A DNA stretch of 41,577 bases from Desulfobacterales bacterium. GTDB lineage: Bacteria; Desulfobacterota; Desulfobacteria; Desulfobacterales; UBA11574. This document shows, piece by piece, positions 34,535-41,577 of the stretch; positions within the stretch are counted from its first letter, which is position 1; the number at the start of each line of letters is the position of its first letter. The position numbers and the translations under genes were made by a program. The notes under the pieces were generated by a model. The model saw only the letters and a program-made list of their open reading frames with translations, was not told the origin of the DNA and did no database searches. The stretch lies in the NCBI GenBank assembly GCA_024641825.1, contig JAHECI010000003.1:1-41577 (forward strand), in the 5' to 3' direction.

Positions 34535-34738
34535 GGAATGGATGATCTTTTTTTAAATCGGATGCTGTTTGAGTGGCTCAGGGATCGTTAGAAAGAACAG
34601 GCGCATGTCGAAATAGTATTTTTAAGGAAATTTTAAAGTTATGCAATGAACCTATTGATATTTCAAAGATAGTTTCCTGTTCTTTCTCTAAGATCCCTTG
34701 CCTCGAGTTCATGCGGTTTAAAAAAAGATTATCCATGG
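34535..34738. repeat. ~200-bp element built of two ~65-nt imperfect inverted arms around an AT-rich 74-nt centre (MITE-like or long-hairpin RNA)
   Basis: The left arm is atggatgatctttttttaaatcggatg...gggatcgttagaaagaacagg. The reverse complement of the right arm is atggataatctttttttaaaccgcatg...gggatcttagagaaagaacagg. Identity is ~80% by hand alignment. Confidence 0.6.
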
Positions 34739-34832
34739 AGCGACTTTATTAAAAAACACCCCGACCCTTTATTTAAGTGTCTGGCACGGCGTAGAATGCA
34801 GAGGAGAACAACGGGAAATCATCGATACGGCA

Positions 34833-35048
34833 CTAGGATTGTTCTTTTAATGTTCGGCGGGTTTCAAGGTCGCATACATCGAACATCTGACCACATCCGC
34901 CACAGATCATTTCACACGCATCGGGTTTTCGTGTTCTTCTGTGTTTCAATACTGCTCGGCATTCCGGGCACCTCAGGTCGGGTTTCTTATCTTGATTCTT
35001 TCCGTTAACGGCATCCATGACAATTTCCACCTCTTTATAAGGGATCAT
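34833..35048 (-). CDS. Small zinc-ribbon protein (71 aa)
   Basis: MIPYKEVEIVMDAV...LRCPECRAV...MICGGCGQMF (CPxC...CGGC). The longer 35231 start overlaps the upstream gene and is rejected. Confidence 0.4.
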   Translation of the reverse strand: MIPYKEVEIVMDAVNGKNQDKKPDLRCPECRAVLKHRRTRKPDACEMICGGCGQMFDVCDLETRRTLKEQS

Positions 35049-35181
35049 GCTGTGCGGCCGGCATTGGGCCATATGACATAAGATACGACACAATGATAAA
35101 ATGGCAAGCGCTAGGGACAAAGCGGTTAACGGGGTGAACCTTGAGCATTTATTTTTTTTGAAATTTCCCGTAATCGGATTT

Positions 35182-36030
35182 TTAAAGCAAATCGGATATT
35201 GAAACCAGTTCCACCCACGGTGCTGTTTCATCCAGTTCTTGTTTGAATTTCCGGAGGGCCGTCAGCGTTGAAAGGTGGGGATGTCCGATTCCGATGGCGG
35301 CTCCGTGTTTCAGGGCGTGTTGTTTTAGGTGCACGAGCTGCCTTCGGACCGCCCGAATATCCGGGACGTGGTCCAGGAAGACATTTCTCGGTGCGGTTCT
35401 CATGTTCAGCCGTCGGGCCATTTTGTAGGCCTGTGAATGCCTGCTCGTCAAACTGTCCACAAAAAAAAGATCCTTTTTTTTGATTATTTTCAGTGCCGGT
35501 ACGACCTTGGTGGAGCAGGAGGTAAATTTTGAGCCCATGTGATTGTTCACCCCCGTTGCTTGGGGAATTTGCGACAGATTTTCTGCAATGGTTTCTTCGA
35601 TTTTACGATTTCCGTATGAGATGTAGACGGCACCCGGTCCCGGGTGGCTTTCGCTGCCGTAGGGTTCCATGGGCTGGTGCAGCATGACTTCATGGCCTTT
35701 TTCGGTTATTTCCTCTGCAAGATCTTTGGAATGTCGCAATTGGGGAAGTATGGAGAATGTCATCGGCATTTTCAAGGACAAAAACGCCTGGGCCCGAGGG
35801 ACGCTATACCCGATGTCGTCAATGATCAAGGCGATCCTCGGGGCCTGGGTTGAAAAAGACATTCCTTGCCCTCGGGGGTGGGCCAGGGTCCAAATGGACT
35901 TTTCATTGGCTTCGGCCATGGAAAAAAAGTTCAGTCCGAACAGGGTGCCGGCGAGGTAGGTCAGGCCATTTACCAAGAAAAATCTTCGATGATTCCGCTG
36001 GGTTTCTTTTTCTTGATGGGTTCCCTTCAT
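35182..36030 (-). CDS. Divergent polysaccharide deacetylase family protein (YibQ-like)
   Basis: IALIIDDIGYS, LKMPMTFSILP, GHEVMLHQPMEP, GVNNHMGSKFT, FFVDSLTS. I prefer the start at ATG 36030 (MKGTHQEK...RRFFLVNGL signal-like). Confidence 0.75.
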   Translation of the reverse strand: MKGTHQEKETQRNHRRFFLVNGLTYLAGTLFGLNFFSMAEANEKSIWTLAHPRGQGMSFSTQAPRIALIIDDIGYSVPRAQAFLSLKMPMTFSILPQLRHSKDLAEEITEKGHEVMLHQPMEPYGSESHPGPGAVYISYGNRKIEETIAENLSQIPQATGVNNHMGSKFTSCSTKVVPALKIIKKKDLFFVDSLTSRHSQAYKMARRLNMRTAPRNVFLDHVPDIRAVRRQLVHLKQHALKHGAAIGIGHPHLSTLTALRKFKQELDETAPWVELVSISDLL

Positions 36031-36213
36031 GATAGGTGTTGGATACAACTTATTGCGATAAAGGTCAAGGGAAAACACAACATATTGTGAATTACGAAAA
36101 AGGTTCAAATTCAAAACCTTGGAGGGTGTTTGCCGAAGAAAGGATTTTTGAACCCAACCGGGTAGGGTGTATTTCGTGGCCCGGCCGGGCATTCGGTCCG
36201 ACGGTTCAGGGCA

Positions 36214-36475
36214 AACGCATTTGAATCCCTATAGAGAGAAAACGCTCCACGACGGCGCATATCTCTTTCCAACCGACTGAAACTTGTGCCTAAGCACCCG
36301 TAAGCCCAAGCCGTGCCGGAGTTACAAAGAAGAGTTCATCAATAAAATATTCGATGGATGTTTTAAATACTAATTTTATTCGGCTCGGTCTAACGCGTGC
36401 TAAAGCCCTTCAAACAGCCAGTCGGTTTCCAAGAGAAATACGCCGTCGCTTCGCTGTGCCGAAATCAAATGCGTT
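36214..36475. repeat. ~260-bp long imperfect inverted repeat in the divergent intergenic region
   Basis: aacgcatttgaat (36214-36226) with cgacggcgcatatctctttccaaccgactg (36250-36279) pairs against cagtcggtttccaagagaaatacgccgtcg (36419-36448) with aatcaaatgcgtt (36463-36475). Confidence 0.55.
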
Positions 36476-36655
36476 CAACCTGTCCGGTGGCTGGTTCAGT
36501 CTTTACAATAAAGTTACGGGGTGATATACACGCGGTTGCTTTTACCCGGGTTTAAGATGGATACACCCCGACAAGCGATTCATATTCCCCCTAAATGAAC
36601 GTAAACAAAAGGGGAAGAATGTTAGATCTGTTAAATAAGGGAATCGTTAAAATCG

Positions 36656-37282
36656 ATGTTCTATCGCATTGACAATTTTGTCATCCGCTCCCCTTGGAGC
36701 TTCAGAAAGCCCAAAGCGGGGGAGGACTGCCTGGTCCTGAAATCCGGCCGATCGTTCCCTCCGACACATCCCTCCACCCGGGCAGCGCTGACCCTTTTAA
36801 ACCGGTTACCGATTAAAAAAGAAGCCAAAATCCTGGACATCGGATGCGGATCAGGCATCCTCGGGCTTTCAGCGGCCCTTAAAAATAAAGGCCGTGTACT
36901 GGGATGCGACATCTGTCCAAGGGCCATACAGGCCACTGAACACAATGTGCGCCTGAACCGGATGGAAGACAGGTTCCATTTTTTTCAGGGATCGACGGAA
37001 GCAGTGACCGGACCATTCGACTTGATTCTTGCCAACCTCCATGCCGTCATTCATAGGGAATTGTTCGATCACTATCGGCGTCTGTTACCCCGTGAGGGAG
37101 ATTTGCTCGTGGTGTCCGGTTTCTTCGACGTTCATGCCGGGGAGGTACAGAAGGCGCTGACCCAGCGGGGGTTTAAAGTCATAGAAAGGGTGCAGGTGTA
37201 TGCTTCTGCCCCGGTGCTGGCAGAAGCACTTTCTGACACTTGGGTGGGATTTGGCTTCAAAAGGGTTGCAGGCCTCCCATGA
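36656..37282 (+). CDS. Class I SAM-dependent methyltransferase (PrmA-like catalytic domain)
   Basis: ILDIGCGSGILGLSAA (motif I), VLGCDICPRAI, FDLILANL. Confidence 0.7.
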   Translation: MFYRIDNFVIRSPWSFRKPKAGEDCLVLKSGRSFPPTHPSTRAALTLLNRLPIKKEAKILDIGCGSGILGLSAALKNKGRVLGCDICPRAIQATEHNVRLNRMEDRFHFFQGSTEAVTGPFDLILANLHAVIHRELFDHYRRLLPREGDLLVVSGFFDVHAGEVQKALTQRGFKVIERVQVYASAPVLAEALSDTWVGFGFKRVAGLP

Positions 37283-37328
37283 CGGACAAGGTCTAACCCT
37301 AATTGATCGCAAACAAACTGGGAAAATA

Positions 37329-37826
37329 TTAGATGTTGACGATCTGTGTCTTTATGGAATTGCCCCGGATGTGAAGCAAGGCGAGGGACGCTGGAAAATT
37401 ACGGCGCGGCTGTGCGGCACTGCCGGGGTTCAAAAAGAGCACGCCCCTATTTTCAGCAACAGAAGGACAGTGTAAATGGCCATGGATGACGGCGTCAAAG
37501 CCCGACTCCGAAGGGGCAATATCGAGTCTGTGAATATCGTGAATGACATACAGGAGAACATCAGCGACTTCGACGGCCTCTGTTTCGGGGAGTTCCCTTA
37601 GAGAATCGCCCCCGTCCATGTTGCCCCGGACCGCCACCACCGGAGCGATGGATTGAAGTTTGTCAAGAACCTCGTTGTTGCCGACGTCTCCGGCATGAAT
37701 GATGAGGTCGACGCCTTTAAGGGCCTTGACGGCGGTTGTGGGAAGAAGACCATGGGTGTCTGAAATAACCCCTACGACAACATTCCCCTTGTTTTCGAAA
37801 TTGACCGGCATGAGCGCCTTTGCCAC
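37329..37826 (-). CDS. YfcE/MJ0936-family metallophosphoesterase
   Basis: VISDTHG, IHAGDVG, VRGNMD, VIHGHLH. Confidence 0.85.
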   Translation of the reverse strand: MAKALMPVNFENKGNVVVGVISDTHGLLPTTAVKALKGVDLIIHAGDVGNNEVLDKLQSIAPVVAVRGNMDGGDSLRELPETEAVEVADVLLYVIHDIHRLDIAPSESGFDAVIHGHLHCPSVAENRGVLFLNPGSAAQPRRNFPASLALLHIRGNSIKTQIVNI

Positions 37827-37897
37827 CCGGCATGTGTAATCGTGAGGCCAGGTGATTCCAGATAAAGATTTGATCCAACCACAGGGATCGACAGGGT

Positions 37898-38452
37898 CTA
37901 ATCTGAAGGTTCAATAAAATTCCCTTTTTCATCCATATACTCTTCTTCGACGAGCTGACGTTCAACGTTTTTTATTATATCCATAAGAATATCTTTGCTC
38001 CATTGTTCACCGATGGCCATACCTTCCTGGACAAGAACCGGCTGAAGCGATAAAATTTTTTTTCCGACGGGACTTTCATGGAATTCTATTAATGCGAGTA
38101 TTTCCGGGTGGGTAAAATATTTGTCGTACAGGGGCACAAATCGATCGAAAAACCCCCCCGGAGCCCAGAGGTTCAATCGAATTTCTTCCATGCACTTTTC
38201 TTTTATTATGGAAACGAGATCCGGCGGCAACCCCGGATACTTTTCACGGGTTAAGGACAGGTATTGCGAAAGTGTATATTGGGACAACATATTCACCTGT
38301 GCGGTCATCCCCGATATCTTTATGAGTCTGTAAATGTCTTCTTTTTTAGCCGGATCGATGAGGGAAGGGGCTCCATACACCTTCGGGATGAAAAGAAACA
38401 GTGAAACCATCCATAGGGCGGAGAGAAAGCCATATTTTTTTATTCTTTGCAC
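37898..38452 (-). CDS. DUF2059-family periplasmic protein
   Basis: Signal peptide, then YDKYFTHPEILALIEFHESPVGKKIL, the DUF2059 signature as I remember it. Confidence 0.6.
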   Translation of the reverse strand: MQRIKKYGFLSALWMVSLFLFIPKVYGAPSLIDPAKKEDIYRLIKISGMTAQVNMLSQYTLSQYLSLTREKYPGLPPDLVSIIKEKCMEEIRLNLWAPGGFFDRFVPLYDKYFTHPEILALIEFHESPVGKKILSLQPVLVQEGMAIGEQWSKDILMDIIKNVERQLVEEEYMDEKGNFIEPSD

Positions 38453-38535
38453 CGAATCTTTTCCTTTTTCTCTGAGGGCTCCAAATCTGCCTGCCCGTTG
38501 ACATGCTTGCCCATTCCCTCCACCGTGTCAAGGGG

Positions 38536-41500
38536 TTATTGGCTCTTCTCCTTATCCGGAGGCACGGGCGTTTGATTCAGAAACACAGGCTCGATTATTT
38601 TGACCGGAAGATGGAGCGTCCGTTTCATAATTCCCAACAGCCCAGAACCCACAGCTGTGGGTGAGACCGGCGTTACCTGTGGATTGTTCAGATCTCCCGA
38701 TATTCGAACCGGAATGGAGATCAAGGAACCCCCGAGGATATAGTTCACCCCCGGCAGATAGTTGACGAAAAAATCGACGGTTTTTAAAGGTGCCACCAAG
38801 GCTGTAATATCCAATTTTTTGTTGAAATAGTCAACATATCCATGACAGACGATCCCCATGGACATCCCGTCGATGACCATTTCGGTTAAATTTAGAACGC
38901 TATTTTGAACGTCTCCTTTGATTTGGATGGAATGGTAGCCAAACCCTTCTGCAGAAAGATCCGGCATCTTCCCCTTAAACATTTCAGTGAACTGGACAAG
39001 ATTGGAGATATCTATCAGCACGCTGTAAAATCGGCCCGCGTAGACCCGGCCTTCGGTGGCATCTAATTCTATATGTCCTTCTATGGATTGAATCAGTTGT
39101 TCATTCTGTCCCTGGGCCGTCAGTTCTCCATCAAGATTGAAGTTGCCCTCCACATTTGCGGCCTTGTCCAGCAAGCAGGAAATGAGGGATTTGAGTTTTT
39201 GTTCCCGTGCAGACGGTTTCACATGGACGCCGATCTCCCCGGGCGATATTTTCAACGTACCGGGGGTGGACAGGGTGCATAACCTCGCATTTTTGAGGGC
39301 AACATCTGCAGACCGTTCGTTGAAGGTGATGTCGGCCTGGAAGGGGTTCCAGGTAAACCCCTTATAGGTCAGGTGTTCTGTTTTTAGTTTCAATACACCG
39401 CGTATGGGGTTTGTCCAGACTTTTTCGCCCGCCGGATCGGAATTTTTTTTACGGTATTTATCCATGGCCTGGCCGAGTTTGTCCAGATCTAATGCTTGGG
39501 AGTAGAGTTCCATATCCACGTCGGGCTCATGGGCCGACAAATTCACATTTCCTTTGAGCTCAAACGGGTTGTCCGCCCACGAGAGCCTCGCGGATTCAAC
39601 CTGAAGGTGATCGTTTATGGTTTTAAGAGAAAGGTCGTTGACCATCAAGGGCGATGCGGATGTCCCTGGAAAGAGAAGATTGGTTGCCTGAACGTGTCCC
39701 TGTAAGGTGGAATTAAGGGGTCGATCCAGAAGCACCCGGGCCTGGAAATTTCCGTTGATCCAACCCTTTAGAATTTGATTTTCCGTGACGATGCCATCCA
39801 GAGTCGATTTATGTAAATTCCCGGCAAAGAAAATGTCCGCCATCCGGTTTTTTTGAACCAATTTTAGGGTTGCCCGGTCGTCTTGGTTCTGGATAACGAG
39901 GGTTTTAATGTCCAATTCATGGGGATTTGCATGAATATCCGTTGAAACCTTGATGTTTGGGTGGAATACCAGGTCTCCTGAAAAACCGGTTTCAAGAGCA
40001 TGGTTCCAGGTCAGATGCGCCCTGGAAACCGATATGGGTGGTTTCAAGTGGAGATAGGTGGGCAGTTTTAAAAGACCTGATATCCATCGGACCGAATCCG
40101 GCCCAAGGTCTCCTTGAAACTTGAGATCCGCCTGGCTTAAATTCTTCAGGTAATTCTTTAAATCCCCCGACACCTTCATTGATGCGTCCAGGAGGCGGGC
40201 ATGAGAATCGGAAATTGAAATATTCTCGGCAGTCGAGTTGAAAAATCCTTTGGTGACTTCCAATACCCCTGGAAACAGGGATGAATTTAAAGCCAAATTC
40301 CGGGCCTCACCTGAAATTTGGAATTGATAATCTTCCGGTTCAAAAAGCTTGCCCTGATATTGTATGGAAGACACTGCAATGACACCGTGGACACCCTCCA
40401 GGTCATAGAGGTTCTCGGAGATTATTTTAGAGGATTTCAGCCATGGGTATATCTCCGTTAAATCGATGACTGCTTTTCCGGAGGTAATTTTCAGTTCCGG
40501 TGCTTGATCCCAGGATGTCTGACTCGAAAGCGCCGTAAACGAAGATTTCCCCATTTTTCCGCTCAGGTTATTTACGCCGGTGGTGATTCCTTTGTAAAAA
40601 TATTGACCGCTGTCAATTTTCAATGGATGCGGCAATCGCCGGTAATTTGCAGACAGGTTAAATTGAGATACTTCCACCCTTGCATCTATGGAATCGATGC
40701 TGTCTCCAAGATAGAGTCTTCCCCTGGCCCTTCCTTTAGGATTCTCTACCAAGGCCAATTCCCTGAGAAAGGCGTCGTTTTTCACCACGCGATTCAAAAT
40801 CGGAGGGAGCTGTGCCAGGTCTGCATCCACCGTTATATCGAGATTAAAAAGAGCATCTTTGTCTTTAAGGCCCAACTTCAAACTTCCATCGAGACATTGG
40901 GAGGACGCCAGTTGTGCTTTAAGATTTACACCGTTTAAGACACCTTCGGAAATCGTTACATTCCCCTCGACGCCCTCCAGATCCAGGGCCACGCCGGGAA
41001 CAAAAATCCTGCCGTCCAGAATGCCGCCGTCAAGGGTCATGTTCTTCAGCGATCCCAAATCCGCCAGAGAACTTGCATGGTTGGTATAATTGATGGCGGG
41101 AACTTTGCCGCCTTTAATGATCTTAAAAATATCCTGCACAACGGGGCTTTTTCCAAACAGCTCCAGGGCGACCTCCCGGGTGGACGGAACGTCTACGTTG
41201 GTGCCCGTAATCTTTAGATCGATTTTACCTGGGGCCGACGAAGACCACGGCGAGAAATCCAATCTCCCCGTTACATCCAGCTTCGGGTCGCCGAGGTTGA
41301 GTTCGTCGAGGCTGAAGATTAATTTATTTTCATTCAGATCGACGCCGCCTTTGAACCGTTTGATTTTCAGGGCGCACTCATTTTCCCCCGGATGTATTGC
41401 CAGATCGAAGGCGGAACAATTCAAGTCTCCCTGGATGGATTTTAGGCGGTCTGTTTTGAAATTGATATTCAGATTCACCGGGGAGGCGTGGACTTCATGA

Positions 41501-41577
41501 TGGAGAAGTGAGGTAAGACGTTGGCTTAAAAATTGAGAATGGATCTGGGTTAACCTGATGCTGCCGCGGCTTTTGAA
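38536..41577 (-). CDS. AsmA/YhdP-like large envelope-biogenesis protein, 5'-truncated by the window edge
   Basis: More than 1010 codons are open to nt 41577; the frame has no stop upstream of the GTG at 41478. The product is beta-rich and repetitive. The C-terminus ...VRISGDLNNPQVTPVSP resembles the AsmA-like C-terminal region. Confidence 0.6.
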   Translation of the reverse strand, partial: FKSRGSIRLTQIHSQFLSQRLTSLLHHEVHASPVNLNINFKTDRLKSIQGDLNCSAFDLAIHPGENECALKIKRFKGGVDLNENKLIFSLDELNLGDPKLDVTGRLDFSPWSSSAPGKIDLKITGTNVDVPSTREVALELFGKSPVVQDIFKIIKGGKVPAINYTNHASSLADLGSLKNMTLDGGILDGRIFVPGVALDLEGVEGNVTISEGVLNGVNLKAQLASSQCLDGSLKLGLKDKDALFNLDITVDADLAQLPPILNRVVKNDAFLRELALVENPKGRARGRLYLGDSIDSIDARVEVSQFNLSANYRRLPHPLKIDSGQYFYKGITTGVNNLSGKMGKSSFTALSSQTSWDQAPELKITSGKAVIDLTEIYPWLKSSKIISENLYDLEGVHGVIAVSSIQYQGKLFEPEDYQFQISGEARNLALNSSLFPGVLEVTKGFFNSTAENISISDSHARLLDASMKVSGDLKNYLKNLSQADLKFQGDLGPDSVRWISGLLKLPTYLHLKPPISVSRAHLTWNHALETGFSGDLVFHPNIKVSTDIHANPHELDIKTLVIQNQDDRATLKLVQKNRMADIFFAGNLHKSTLDGIVTENQILKGWINGNFQARVLLDRPLNSTLQGHVQATNLLFPGTSASPLMVNDLSLKTINDHLQVESARLSWADNPFELKGNVNLSAHEPDVDMELYSQALDLDKLGQAMDKYRKKNSDPAGEKVWTNPIRGVLKLKTEHLTYKGFTWNPFQADITFNERSADVALKNARLCTLSTPGTLKISPGEIGVHVKPSAREQKLKSLISCLLDKAANVEGNFNLDGELTAQGQNEQLIQSIEGHIELDATEGRVYAGRFYSVLIDISNLVQFTEMFKGKMPDLSAEGFGYHSIQIKGDVQNSVLNLTEMVIDGMSMGIVCHGYVDYFNKKLDITALVAPLKTVDFFVNYLPGVNYILGGSLISIPVRISGDLNNPQVTPVSPTAVGSGLLGIMKRTLHLPVKIIEPVFLNQTPVPPDKEKSQ

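Noticed and set aside
34782-34800. TGGCAC hexamer suggesting another sigma-54 promoter
   Set aside because: The -12 element is absent (TGGCAC-ggcgt-agaa in place of TTGC). Other TGGCAC hexamers, for example at 23409 and 26252, also lack a correctly spaced GC and lie inside coding regions.
1-41577. Scan for CRISPR arrays, rRNA/tRNA genes, transposases, integrases and known defence-system genes
   Set aside because: I found no regularly spaced repeat-spacer array, no rRNA/tRNA-like conserved strings, and no ORF with transposase, recombinase, nuclease or defence motifs. The only mobile-looking features are non-autonomous repeats.

Overview
This is a 41.6-kb chromosomal window whose gene content looks like an anaerobic deltaproteobacterium of the sulfate-reducer type; that assignment is an inference, and no search was possible. 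The contents, left to right, are as follows. (1) A c-di-GMP-type signalling module at 1-3731: an HD-domain gene tail, an HD-GYP phosphodiesterase, and a HEAT-repeat gene broken by a frameshift in a C9 homopolymer. It is bracketed by two inverted copies of a ~55-bp repeat. (2) A 1.3-kb AT-rich non-coding stretch containing a MITE-like 195-bp element. (3) A small STAS protein gene, a 1058-aa GAF/AAA+ sigma-54 activator, and a textbook -24/-12 promoter. (4) A ~14-kb plus-strand catabolic cluster at 8965-23023. It encodes a Liv-type ABC transporter with an embedded acyl-CoA synthetase, a PaaK-like ligase, a DUF35/thiolase pair, an FAD oxidase with an HdrD/GlcF-like Fe-S protein, and a 4-hydroxybutyryl-CoA-dehydratase-like enzyme. 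(5) The most interesting locus is at 23285-25321. An uncalled 110-codon reading frame is interrupted only by three TGA codons, each in a Ser-Gly-TGA context and each followed by a small hairpin. It lies directly upstream of a 527-aa radical SAM/SPASM enzyme, which makes it a candidate selenocysteine-containing RiPP precursor with its maturase. (6) A family-2 glycosyltransferase, then an AT-rich block of small secreted, lipoprotein and stress genes (YciH/SUI1, cold-shock protein). (7) A tandem rhodanese gene that is only intact if an in-frame TGA, followed by a GGU-loop hairpin, is read as selenocysteine. (8) Ordinary genes to the end: hydrolase, lipoprotein, CheY-like receiver, YibQ-like deacetylase, methyltransferase, phosphoesterase, DUF2059, and a 5'-truncated AsmA/YhdP-like protein. 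Two long imperfect inverted-repeat elements lie in intergenic regions of this last block. All calls rest on reading the sequence and remembered family motifs; no BLAST, HMM or RNA-folding run was possible.
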